From contig JAGIQG010000008.1 of the NCBI GenBank assembly GCA_024679065.1, positions 52,266,001 to 52,330,000 on the forward strand: a DNA stretch of 64,000 bases, given 5' to 3'. Of this stretch, positions 28,235 to 39,836 are shown in pieces. Both the position numbers and the translations under genes were made by a program. Below the pieces are notes generated by a model, which saw only the letters and a program-made list of their open reading frames with translations, did no database searches and was not told where the DNA came from. Positions within the stretch are counted from its first letter, which is position 1. Every line of letters starts with the position of its first letter. This stretch comes from Sphyrna mokarran (lineage: Eukaryota).

Positions 28235-28560
28235 GTGAGAGGTCTGACAACATCAATTTTAAATCTAACCGATTTATTTGATAGTAAACTTGCAAGCTTT
28301 CAGCCTTTGTAGCCTTCCTCAGGCGAATGAGGTGTAACCGATTTATTCGATAGTAAACTTGAAAGCTTTCGGCCTTTGTAGCCTTCCTCAGGCAAATGAG
28401 GTGTTCAGACCAGAATACCTCATTCACCTGAGGAAGGCTACAAAGGCCAAAAGCTTGCAAGTTTACTATCAAATCCATCGGTTGGATTTAAAATTGGTGT
28501 TGTCAGACCTCTTACTGAATTTACCCCAGTCCAACGCCGGCATCTCTACATCATGACTAC
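28235..28560. mobile_element. Fold-back Penelope-like (pLTR-derived) insertion with three hammerhead motifs
   Basis: Exact 15-bp direct repeat tttggaaatatatca at 28220-28234 and 28561-28575. Inverted arms, with a 69-bp tandem duplication in the left arm. Ends with the family terminus ...tttaccccagtccaacgccggcatctctacatc. Confidence 0.8.
28290..28395 (-). ncRNA. Tandem minimal type I hammerhead ribozyme motifs (candidate dimeric hammerhead)
   Basis: Minus strand reads UUGC-CUGAGGA-A-GGCU-ACAAA-GGCC-GAAA-GCUU (28395-28363), then UCGC-CUGAGGA-A-GGCU-ACAAA-GGCU-GAAA-GCUU-GCAA (28326-28290). Both have the CUGANGA and GAAA cores and a palindromic AGCU stem III. Confidence 0.6.
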
Positions 28561-29799
28561 TTTGGAAATATATCACCATTCCTTCACTGTCACTGGATCA
28601 AAATCCTGGAACTCCCTCCTTAACAGCACTGTGGGTGTATCTACACCACATGGACTACAGCTGTTCAAGAAGGTGGCTCACCATCACCTTCTTAAGGACA
28701 ATTAGGGATGGCCAAACCAGTATTGCTCAATCTTAAATGCCACCTTCCAAGACAGCAATGTGATAATGACAAGATGAGTTGTTATTCTGACGCTGATTTA
28801 GGGGTGAATATTGACTAGGACACAGTGTGTGTCTCCAAAATTCTACAGGTCCTGGAAATCTAAAATAAGAACACAAAATGGTGGGAATACACAGCAGGTT
28901 TGGCAACATCTGTGGAGAGAGAAGCATAGCAAACATTTCGGATTGTGATCTTTAATCAGAAAGATGACTTAAATTCAACCGTGGCACTTTCACTCTGACC
29001 TGTGAGGGGAGGTGGGGTCTTGGTTTAAAACTTCATCCTCTGCCCAGTGCTCCTTTAGATTGAAGTGTCAGGCTGGGTTTGTGTCTTCAAGTCCTGGCGT
29101 AGGGTTTGAACCCACAGTTTTGGGTCAGGGGCAGAAATGTTACCATCTGGCCATAGCTGACCATCCCCACTGCAGATCTGTATTCGAGTCAAATCTGCTG
29201 AACACACTGTTTACAGTGACACCTACTGGAATGCTTGCAGCTTTGAACAGTAAACGAAGACAGGAGTAAACACAGTTGTCCGGCCTTTTCGAGTCAATTA
29301 GTCTCCAACATCTTGGAGAGCATTTTTGTTGAGTTAACAAACTCAGAACATGAAGGAAAGAAAATAATGGGGAAAGGATGTTAAGAGAAACATAAATTAA
29401 GGAAACACGTGAACAAGAAGCAGGAGTAGGCCATTCAGCCGCTTAAGACTCTCTTTATTCTTGTACTGTAATCCCCACTCATTAAAGACCAACACAACCT
29501 TTTCTGATATGCTTCCAACACATTTACATCCTTCCTTACATAAGGTGACCAAAACTGTACCAATTCTCCAAACATGATCTCATTAGTGTGCTCTAGAACT
29601 GAAGCATAACCTCTACATTTTTGTATTCAAATCCCCTTACAATAAGTAAATTCTGAGCTTTCCTAGTTATTTGTTGTATATACATACCAGCTTTTTGTGA
29701 TTCACGCACCAGCACACCCATAGTTCTAACACATTTCATAAATTCAATATTTAGACCCAAATGATAGAATGTGTGATAATTGTTAGATAAATAGGGCAC

Positions 29800-29922
29800 C
29801 TCAAATGCCACATCCAGCCGGTTCAGTTCTCTCAAGAGATTTCCTTCTGAAAAATAAAGTTCTGCAAGGATTTTTGGGTCTTTGGGTTTCATTTGGACAG
29901 CCTTTTTCACAGCGACAAGTGC
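29800..29922 (-). CDS. TMTC1: TMTC1 coding exon
   Basis: acccag|GCA CTT...TTT GAG|gtgccc. Encodes ALVAVKKAVQMKPKDPKILAELYFSEGNLLRELNRLDVAFE. 123 nt, phase 0 to 0. Confidence 0.94.
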
Positions 29923-30029
29923 CTGGGTGGAGAGAGGGACAGATTGTGAGCACTCATCTCTTTGTCACTGAATAATTAAGAAATTACAAACAACTACATA
30001 ATAAAGAATCCAAATTCTAAGCATAAGTG

Positions 30030-30530
30030 CACACATACAAACAAGCACATGTATAAAAACAGACACACATATAATAAGAACATAAGAAATAGGAGTAAAA
30101 ACATAAGAAATAGGAGACACATGCATATACAGACACACAAATGCACTTAAACATGTGTGCATAAATATGCACATAAACACATGCTTATGAACACACACTG
30201 GCACTCACACACATGCAGACACACAAGCATGAACAGAAATACAGTGATATATGGATAAACAAAGACTTCAAGAATATTTATGTATATACAGACACGTGCA
30301 GGCACACACACACACAAACAAACACACTGATATACATGCACGTAAACACATATTCAGATATACACGTACGTGCATAAACATAAACAGCTAAACATATCTA
30401 TATGAACACAGACACACACAGACACATGCAAAAACAGACATGTATAAACACAGTGCAGGTACACATGCAGAAAAGACATCTGAAATTCACACACATTATC
30501 AGACACATACAAAAACAGACAATGCACACC
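30030..30530. repeat. Degenerate (CA)n-rich simple repeat
   Basis: acacacat/acagacac units with two embedded cataagaaataggag CR1-tail motifs. Confidence 0.85.
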
Positions 30531-31540
30531 AAGGATAATTAAACTACTGAATATTGATCATTACATTTATTTCCACCTGCATAATAAAGAATGTTTCTTG
30601 GCAGTCTGCACAGTTCATGATTTTATTTATTTTTCTCATTCTCCTATCAGTGTACTCCCTTCATCTTTGGCAGGACTGAAAGCTCCATTGCTTTATCACT
30701 AGGAGAAGAGATCCCACAGTCTAGCCCCATGTTGTCCCCATGGTGAAACATGCCCACTTTTGGGAGGGAGGGGAAGAGTGTAAAATCGTATGGACTGGAT
30801 TCTCCTCCAGATTACCATCTGTCCCGACTTGGTAGTGATTGTGCAAGGGGAAAGACAAAGTCTCAGAGGGGAAGCCCATCCTTTCCCCACTTTAAACCCT
30901 TAAGTGGCTACCTTAAGATCTTTTCTGCTCAGCCTTGAACAACAGTTCAGTGCAGAAATAAACAAAGTTTGATCTCAGGTGGGAATGGGAGCTCCATCAG
31001 AAGCTCCCTTCTAATAGTGATCAGGGAGGGAGGGGAGGGGGCTGGTCCTCCCCACGTTGGTGACTTATGGACATCCCTCCCCCAACCTGGTCTATTCTCC
31101 AAGAATCTCCCTTGCGACTCACAAAATATTTCCAACCCTCCCTATCCTGGTACCCCTGCCATTTAGCTCTCCTCAGGTTCCTGGGACTGAGTTCCATTTA
31201 TCTCCCTGCAGTACCTCCTCCAACCACTGTAGTGCTATGCCTGGAGGGATTGGAGAGCTATCTTTCGAGTGAGGGCAGAAGTCCCAATTTATGCCAGTCA
31301 ACATTTGATAGAGCATAGATTAGCAATGTGACAGCTGGAGTTGGTGGGAATGTGTTCCCCACTAATATTTGGATGGCAAGGATCCTGAAAATTGAGGCCA
31401 ATATAAATTTGATGTGAAATGCAGAATCTTATTATGTTTCCATAAAACCACTGCAACAGTTGTTCACTTCATTCATAGGCTGGTTAGCAGTTGTCGGCTA
31501 CAATACATTCAGGCACGTTTTAATAAGGATTGATCCTTAC

Positions 31541-31678
31541 CTCCTTGTGGTTGCCATTTTTGCTGTGAATAACAGACAAGAGGCGTTGACACTCCAGGCA
31601 ATCACTTCTTTCACTCGCTACTTGATTAATGAGTTTCTCAGCTTCTCTGGCTCTGCCAGCCACAGACAGGACTTGGGC
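31541..31678 (-). CDS. TMTC1: TMTC1 coding exon
   Basis: ttgctag|GCC CAA...AAG GAG|gtaagg. Encodes AQVLSVAGRAREAEKLINQVASERSDCLECQRLLSVIHSKNGNHKE (CLEC.RLLS motif). 138 nt, phase 0 to 0. Confidence 0.94.
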
Positions 31679-32344
31679 CTAGCAAAAAAAATTGAGTAAA
31701 TGCAGTTAAAATGCACCATTCCTGTCTTAGAGAATACAGTAAGAAGTCTCACAACACTATGTTAAAGTCCAGCAGGATAGAATCATAGAATCCACAGTGC
31801 AGTACAATCTACAGTCAGTACAATCTACTGTGCAATCTACACTCATTTGGCCCATCAAGCCTGCATCTGAATTGCTACAATAAAAGTGGTGCCCTTTTTC
31901 AAGGCTTCGCAATCTGATCAACACTAACTTGGACGCTGGGGAACACTTCCTCAGGACTAAACACTGTACATTAAACATCTGGTACTATTTCTAAATAAAA
32001 GAAAGCCTCACATTTAAATAGCACCTGAAACGTCCATAGACATTTCACTGGAGTATTATCCAACAGGATTTGACACTGAGCCACACAGATATCCAAGGAT
32101 GTAGACTTGGATAAACGGGTAAGTTTTAAGCAGCAACACAAAGGAGGAAAAATTTCAGGAAGAAATTCCAGAACAGATTTTGTATCTTGGATTTTTGAAA
32201 CTGGGAAATGAAAAGTGATTCCAAGGTTTTACACTGGTAGGTTTTTATCCCTGTTTACAACTACAAATCCCCGACTTGTTACAAAAGAAGGATGGCACGG
32301 TGGCACAGTGGTTAGCACTGCCACGTCACAGCACCACAGGAGTC

Positions 32345-32710
32345 ACAGACTTAGTCACATAGCACAGAAAAAATCCTTCAGCCTTTCGAGACTGCACCAA
32401 CAAACACCATCACTAAATGTGCGCTAATCCCATTTTCCTGCATTTGTCTCAAATCCTTGAATGTTATGATATTTCAAGTACTCACACAAATACTTAGTAA
32501 AGATTGTAAGGTTTTCAGCCTGCGCTACCTTCTCAGGCAGTGTATTCCAGATTCTTGCCACCCTTTGAGTAAAATATCTTTTCCTCAAATCTTCTCTGAT
32601 TCCCCTGCCCCTCGCCCTAAAACTACACCCCCTCATGATTGACCCCTCATCCAAGGGGAACAGCTGCTTCCTATTCACCCTGTCCATACTCTCACCTTAT
32701 ACATCTCAAT
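32345..32710 (-). mobile_element. CR1 LINE 3' fragment
   Basis: DRVNRKQLFP...YFTQRVARIWNTLPEKV. Confidence 0.88.
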
Positions 32711-33603
32711 CATGTACCCCTAGTCTGAAGGGAACAATTATATAAATAACATGTATTCTCACTGAAAAACAGTGATGACATTTTGCTATTTCTACAAATG
32801 CGGAGGGATAAGACATCGTGCTTTGTTTTATCCAAAACTGTCGATTCAGAGGAGACACAGCCTGCAATAGACAGAGGGGTAAATTGAAAACCAATTTGGG
32901 AAAATTTTAGGTAAGGTTTGAACTCCTTCAAAACCAATCACTTTATGCCAAGTGGAAGTGGGGCCAATTATTTCAGAGATGGAGTGACCAGGCTCCTCAG
33001 GCAGAAGCAGATGTAGATTTCCCTCAGTGAATACCATTTTGGGATCCCCCATGTGAATAATTTGAAACATGGAATCATAGAATCTTTGTAGTGCAGAAGG
33101 AGGCCATTTGGCCCATTGAGTCTGCACCACTGACTACACCTTGCCATCCCATCAATCATTCTCGTTGTTCCTTTCTGTACTCTTTCATTAGCTGCAATCC
33201 TTTTTTGTACTGTGGTGACATATGAAGCTGCATCAATGATTTACAAAGTGTCAGGGTCTCATTATTCCAGCTCATCTTTTTCTTTAAAGCAAAAGTCCCA
33301 ACATCTAGTTTTCTTTACCAACTGTATTGCTGGCAATTCGCTGTCAGTCAGGACCCCAGATCCACACACATTTATTTCCATGAGTTTCTGTCCCTCTTGA
33401 CAGGTTTTATCCCCATGGGAAGCATTTCACTTTTCTCTCCACAGAATTCCCATCTGCTCCCGCTCTATTAAATTCCCGAGACTATCCAAATCCTACTGGG
33501 CTGTGATCACCACATTTGTCAGTCATGTTTGATTTGTTGAGTTAAGATTTTCTCATTTGTTCCTTTGAGATTTCGCTGCACAGTTTTGTTGCTGTTTGAC
33601 CTA

Positions 33604-33900
33604 CATAGAATCAGTGCAGAAGGAGGCCATTCGGCCCATCACGTCTGTACCAACCACAATCCCACCCAGGTCCTAGACCTGTAACCCGACGTATTTACTT
33701 TGCTAATTTGCCTGACATTACAGTCAATTTAGCATCTTTCCCACGCACCTTTCGACTGTGGGAGGAAACCGGAGTACCCCAGAGGAAATCCACGGGGAGA
33801 ATGTACAAACCCCACACGGACAGTGACCGAGACCGGAATTGAACCTGGGTCGCTGGCGCTGTGAGGTAGCAGTACTAACCACTGTGCTGCCATGCCGCCC
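33604..33900 (-). mobile_element. HE1-like V-SINE
   Basis: Full head (ggcggcatggcagcacagtggttagtact), B box and tail. Confidence 0.88.
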
Positions 33901-34391
33901 CCAGTGAAAGTTTGTTCTTGACTTGAATCCAGGACCTCATGCAAACTCTCCATTTTTACTACCCAAAGCAAGAATCATATCTGGAGACCAACAAGCCATT
34001 GCTGACTGGCGTGAACTGCGAGCAAATAAAAATAAAGACGCAACGTCCAAGTGGGAGCAAGCATGGCAGGAAAATGTACCATTTTGTCCCTTGGTCCAGT
34101 TATCCAACAGTCAGAGGGCACACTGGTTTTGATCTTCAATGGCACTGTTCATTTTGAGAACATAAGCTGATGGAAAGAAGAATTATAAATTTAAATGGTA
34201 TTAACCGGTTAATGAAGTTGAGCAAGGGGGACTGGTTAGTGAATAACTCGGAACACTGCATAACTGAGGAAGTAAAGTCACAAATGCTTAGAGTGAAGGC
34301 AGAAGAGGCATTGAGGGTCCAGGAGAACCAAAGAACATTAGGACTGCTGAAGATCAGAGATGGAGATGAGAATTAAGATTTTGACTCGAAA

Positions 34392-34668
34392 CTGCAGTGT
34401 ACATTTGGCCCATCAAGTCTGCACCAACAACAATCCCATCTAGGCCCTACCTGGTAACCCTGTCTATTTACTCCACTAATCATAGTGACATGGTTTAGCA
34501 TGGCCAATCCACCTAAGCCCACATATCTTTGTGGGAGGGAACCGGAGCACCCAAAGGAAACCCACAGGGACACAGGGAGAACCTGCAAACTCCACAATGA
34601 CCGACACCCAATGCTGGAATGGAACCCAGGTCCCAGGCACTGTGAGGCAGCGGTGCTAACCACCACGG
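34392..34668 (-). mobile_element. HE1-like V-SINE
   Basis: Head, V domain and tail recognisable. Confidence 0.85.
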
Positions 34669-34910
34669 CCAGTGACCATTCAAGAATAGCAAGTTACGAC
34701 AGAGAGATTAACTATGGTATGTAGAATGAGAGTTGTGAATTAAAGGACGGAAGATCCAAACTAAGCTGCTGAGGGGGTGAGAGAATGGGTGAAAGGGAAG
34801 CAGATGTACTGGAGAGAAATGAATGTTTCAGAGCTGGATACATTAAAGTGCAGTGAGTGTTATCGAGTGTCGAGTGAAGAGAGCCTTAAAAGATTTCCTT
34901 AAACACTATA

Positions 34911-35618
34911 CATAGATAGAACATAGAACATAGAACAATACAGCACAGAACAGGCCCTTCGGCCTTCGATGTTGTGCCGACCAAAATAAAAAGCAATGCC
35001 CCTCCTAACTAAACCATTCCCTTCTCATCCATATACTTATCAACTAACCTCTTAAACGCCACCAAACTTGGCGCATCTACAACAGCTGCAGGCAGGGCAT
35101 TCCACTCCCTAATCACTCTTTGAGTAAAGAACCTACCTCTGATATCCGTCCTATAACTCATACCCCTTAATTTAAAGTTGTGTCCCCTCGTGCTAGCTTT
35201 CTCCATCCTAGGAAAAAGGCTATCACTGTCCACCCTATCTAAACCTCTAATCATCTTATATGTTTCAATAAGATCCCCTCTTAGCCGCCTCCTTTCTAAC
35301 GAAAACAACCTCAAATCCTTCAACCTCTCTTCATAGGACCTGCCCTCCATACCAGGCAACATCCTAGTAAACCTCCTCTGTACCCTCTCCAATGCCTCCA
35401 CATCTTTCTTATAATGTGGCGACCAGAACTGCACACAATACTCCAAGTGCGGCCGCACTAGAGTTTTGTACAGCTGCAACATGATGCTGCGGCTCCTAAA
35501 TTCAATCCCCCTACCAATAAAAGCTAAGACTCCATAAGCCTTCTTAACAACTTTATCCACTTGACTGCCTACTTTCAGGGATCTATTGACACATACACCA
35601 AGATCCTTCTGTTCCTCT
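34911..35618 (-). mobile_element. 5'-truncated CR1/HER1-type LINE, relatively young
   Basis: Uninterrupted ORF2 C-terminus (35009-35560: LYKTLVRPHLEYCVQFWSP...LERRRLRGDLIETYK...FFTQRV..WNALP) and a (TTCTATG)n 3' tail. Confidence 0.95.
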
Positions 35619-35760
35619 AGGTATGATATAACTATATATAAGGTATGCTATATATATAACTATATGATATAACTATATGATATAACTATATATAAGGTAA
35701 GCTATATATAGGTATGATATAACCTATCTAGGTATGATAGGTATGATATAACAATATAAT
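35619..35760. repeat. AT-rich minisatellite-like filler
   Basis: Scrambled repeats of aggtatgatataactatatata. Confidence 0.85.
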
Positions 35761-35777
35761 GTATAGTTTCTCAACAT

Positions 35778-36077
35778 CATGGCACAGTGGGACAGCAGCT
35801 AGCACTGTTGCCTCACAGTGTCAGAGACTCAGGATCAATAATGTCCTCGGGCCACAGTCTGTGGAGTTTGCATGTTCTTCCCATGTCTGCAGGGGTTTCC
35901 TCTCTCTGTCTAAAGATGTGCAGGTTAGTTTGATTGGCCATGCAAAACTGACCCTGTCAGGAGATTAGCACGGTAAAGGAATGGGGTTACTGGAATAGGG
36001 CCCGGATGGGATTGTGGTCAGTGCAGACTCAACAGACCAAGTGGCCCCCTTCTGCACTGTAGATTCTACAATTCTAC
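35778..36077 (+). mobile_element. HE1-like V-SINE
   Basis: Head, V domain and attctac tail. Confidence 0.82.
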
Positions 36078-36271
36078 GAACAAGCACATGTCACATTAAT
36101 TAAAACCTTAACACAAAAGGAAAATAGTCTGGATGCCAGAAATCTGTAATATAAACAGCAAATGCTGGAAATTCTCAAAAGGTCAAGTAGCATCTGTGGA
36201 GAGAGAAATTGAGTTAATATTTCAGGTCAACCACCTTTAATTTTTCACATTTCCTTCAGCATTGTACATAC

Positions 36272-36416
36272 CATTGCCAGCTGTAGTTCGCTGTTTGTGG
36301 GCTGCATTGTAATGGCCTCTTTGTAGATACGTAAAGCCTCCTCGTATCTCCCTGTGTTATAGTATAGAGCCCCCAGTGGAGACAGAACATCCACCTTCCT
36401 GGTCACCTCAAGCGCT
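36272..36416 (-). CDS. TMTC1: TMTC1 coding exon (TPR region)
   Basis: ttgcag|A GCG CTT...GCA ATG|gtatgt. Encodes ALEVTRKVDVLSPLGALYYNTGRYEEALRIYKEAITMQPTNSELQLAM; LSPLGALYYNTGRYEEAL is the conserved TMTC1 segment. 145 nt, phase 2 to 0. Confidence 0.96.
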
Positions 36417-37494
36417 CTGCAAACAGGAACAACAGAACACCTTCAACATGCGGCAAACTCCCTGATACATTATTTTTATCACTATCAGGCGCAAGCATCT
36501 CCAGATTACAGTCTGGTTGTCAACAGGTAAGGGAGTAAACTGCCAGTGTGGCCATCTCCCAGCTCCGCTCCAGTGTACAAAGGTCAAACAATTCAAGTAG
36601 TTCTCAATATGGAAGTCACTGCAAGGCCACACAGTGGCTGGGAATCGCCAGTTTAACCGCTGCGGATTTGGGTGTGGGCCTATTACCAAAAGTCAAGAGT
36701 GTTCGGAACAAACAACGTTCACCAAATCAACAGTTTCAATTTACTCCAGATGTTCATTTCGGATTATGAAAACTGGAGTCAAATCAGCCTTTTTTCTGCT
36801 TAATTCAAAGCAGAAATATGCAGCGAACCAGGCAATAGCTGTAGAGAGAGCAGACAAATTCACTCGGGAAACAGACGCATCTACCAAACATTACAGCATT
36901 TAAAAAGGGGACAGGATGAGCGGTGGGGTATATAGGCAGACATAAAAGACAAGAAGACAATCAAAGATAGAGGTTGGGATTTTCCAGCCATTCCCAGTGG
37001 TGGGATCTTCTGGTCCTGTCAAAGGTGATACCCCACCCAGCAGCAGGACAGATGAGCCAAACAAAGCACCATAGACATCGGCGGGACTGGAGGATCCCAC
37101 TGTCTGCCAATGGTGAGCTGCTTCCGACACCAGAAAACATGCTGCTGGGGGCAGAGGTCACGCCGATTTACCTGAAAAGGCCCAAAAAGAAATATCATAA
37201 AAAAGATGGAGATAGAAAAAAAGATTTCTCTTGCACCTTTCATACATACAGATTCCTTCTCAGCCAATGGAGTCCTCCTGTGCTGTAATTCAGTCAATTT
37301 CACATAGCAAATCCCACAGACAACCATGTAATAATGAGCAGATATCCTGCCTTTCTAATGTTGATTGATGGATAGATATTGGCCAGGATGACATGCAATA
37401 ACTTCCCTGTTTTTTTTTAATAATTCTGCCGGGGAGTGTTTCCATCAAGCTGAGGGGGCTGATAGGCTTCAGTTTACTGTCCCATTAAAAAGAT

Positions 37495-38330
37495 AGAAGG
37501 AAATCCCACAACACCAGTTTAAAGTCGGAACAGGTTTATTTGTAGCAAAAGCTGCAAGCTTTAGGGGCAGCCTGTCCCTTCGTCAGGTGGCTGGGAACTC
37601 CCAGATTATTTGTTGCAACTGTACAGGGTACTGGTAAGGCCGCAGCTGGAGTACTATGTGCAGTTTTGGTCGCCGCATTGCAGAAGGATATATTGGCCTT
37701 GGAGGGAATGCAGAGAAGGTTCACTAGGCTGATACCGGAGATGAAGGGGTTAGCCTATGAGAAGAGATTGAGTAGACTAGGTTTGAGTAGACTAGGTTTG
37801 TACTTGTTGGAGTTGAGAAGGTTGATGGGGGGACCTTATAGAGACATATGAGATAATGAAGGGGCTGGATAGGGTAGAGGTAGAGAGATTTTTCTTGATT
37901 AGAAAGGATAGCAGTACTAGAGGGCACAGCCTCAAAATAAGTAAAGGGGAGCAGTTTAGATCAGAGTTGAGGAGGAACTTCTTCACTCAAAGGGTGGTTA
38001 ATCTTTGGAATTCTCTGCCAGTTGAAGTGGCGGAGGCTTCCTCGCTGAATATATTTAAGTCATGGGTAGATAGGTTTCTAATAAACAAGGGAATTAAGGG
38101 TTATAGGGATAAAGCGGGAAAGTGGAACTGATCCACTTCAAATCAGCCAGGATTTTACCGAATGCAGGGCAGGCTCGAGGGGCTAGATGGCTTACTCCTG
38201 CTCCTATTTCTTATGTTCTTATGTTTTATGTTCTTATTTACTACAAATAAACCTGTTTGAACTTCAAACTGGTGTTGTGGGATTTCTTTCTGTTTTACCC
38301 CAGTCCAATGCCGGCATCTCCACATCATGA
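37495..38330. mobile_element. Fold-back Penelope-like insertion split by a CR1 3' fragment
   Basis: Flanked by ccattaaaaagat (37482-37494) and ccatcaaaaagat (38331-38343). The left arm carries a mutated hammerhead (37553-37589, minus). The right arm (about 38240-38330) ends with the family terminus. Confidence 0.7.
37612..38236 (+). mobile_element. CR1 LINE 3' fragment (same subfamily as 42881-44435)
   Basis: KDILALEGMQRRFTRLIP and RRNFFTQRVVNLWNSLP. Tail (ttcttatg)n. Confidence 0.93.
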
Positions 38331-38448
38331 CCATCAAAAAGATGACATAGAGTGGACTTCCACAGATAGCCTTTCATTCCTTGCTTTCTGACTTTGTCTC
38401 CCAAGATCATTTAGGTTCCCCATTTAGAGACTGTGTGTGTTAAAGGTG

Positions 38449-38450
<2 letters not shown>

Positions 38451-38479
<29 letters not shown>
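38451..38479 (+). repeat. Poly-G run (29 G) followed by a G-rich tract
   Basis: Direct count. Confidence 0.95.
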
Positions 38480-39519
38480 AGAGAAGAGGAGGAGGAGATG
38501 CGGCAAGGGGCCGTGTGGGTGCAGCCGGATGGAGGGGGAGAGGTGTGGCAGGGTGTGTGGGGGAAGCACAGCAGGAGTGCGGTTTGGAGTGTATATGGAC
38601 AGTGAAGTCAAGAGGATTCTGCAACTCTCCCTCATCTTACTTCAATTCAGTTGCTTATTCTTGTCCACTTGCCACTTCTTCCTGTCCTGTGGGATGCTGC
38701 CCACCTGATTTTTAACCTCTTTTGTTCTCTCTATCGTTGATGACTAATAAGCCCAGCACTTTTGTTTGTTTTAGATTTGCAGCAGTTGCAGCATTTTGTA
38801 TTTACCTGATCTCTTGCTGATGTCGCTTCAACCTCTATTTGTCAGTATAAACTCAGAGGGAGTTTAATGAACCAACACCTCTTTCAAAAATGGTACAATT
38901 AATTTTTCAGTGTTTATCCATTGCTATATTTTTTAAATCTCTCTCATTTCCTTCCTCTCCTCCTGTGCAGCCGCACGCAAGAACTCCTGGCCAAGTGGAT
39001 GTTTAAAATTTGATAACCAGTGCCTGCATGTAGCCTGATCCTGTGCTCTCCATGAGCCTGGACCCTGGCCAGTATTATCCCTGCACGAGGGCACTGAGGT
39101 GATTGCAGTAGTCCGATCAATTCCCTGATTGAGGTCAGAGATCTGAAGCTATGACTTTCCAGGTCCTGTTTGTGCCAGACAGATGGAGGAAGTAGGGCCT
39201 TCTGTATTTTTAAAAATATTAGCTTGGAATCAATCACCAAATATTGTGGATAACAATATGGAACTCATTACCACGGTTTCCTCCAAAGAGGATTGGAATG
39301 GATAATGCAATTCCAATTAACTCCTTTTGGAAAGAATTGGATAAATATAGAGTTATGGATGGTATTGAGTGCTGGACACCAATGGGACTGCTAATCTATT
39401 TGTGAGCAGCACTGGGAAACAACAGAAGACCAACCCTAGAATGTGAGCAAATTTAGCTAATACAGTTCTTGCTGCTGTTGGGAGGTGAGAAGGAATTCTG
39501 TGGAATTTTGTCCTCCAAA

Positions 39520-39836
39520 TGGCAATGTGACACAATAGTTAGTATTGCTGCCTCACAGTGCCAGGAACCTGAGTTCAATTTCCAATTTGGGTCACTGTCA
39601 GTGTGGAGTCTGCATATTCTGCCCATGTCTGCATGGGTATCCTCTGGGTGCTCCGGTTCCTCCCACAGTCCAAAGATGTGCAGGGTACGTGGACTGACCA
39701 TGCTAAGTTGCCCCTCAGCGTCAGGGGAACTAACTAGAATAAATGGATGGGGTTATGGAGATAGGGTCTGGATGAGATTGTGGTCGGTGCAGACTTGATG
39801 GGCCAAATGGCCTCCTATTACACTAGGATTCAATGA
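39520..39836 (+). mobile_element. HE1-like V-SINE
   Basis: Head, V domain and tail. Confidence 0.86.

Larger units (their letters stand above)
27705..28715 (+). mobile_element. CR1/L2-clade LINE, second family, 3' fragment (host of the 28235-28560 insertion)
   Basis: KAQVRSVMEYSPFAWM..KKLNTIQDKA. The sequence resumes cleanly after the target-site duplication. Confidence 0.82.

Noticed and set aside
28267-28404. CRISPR-like repeat array
   Set aside because: Only two adjacent units, no unique spacers, eukaryotic context.
28104-28556. ORFs with the repeated peptide LRKATKAESLQVYY
   Set aside because: A translation by-product of the tandem and inverted hammerhead repeat units, not a protein.
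33840-33900. tRNA-like A and B boxes here and at other SINE heads
   Set aside because: They continue into the V domain and a LINE-derived tail, so they are SINE heads rather than tRNA genes.
38411-38715. Poly-Pro and poly-Gly ORFs
   Set aside because: Produced by the poly-G run.
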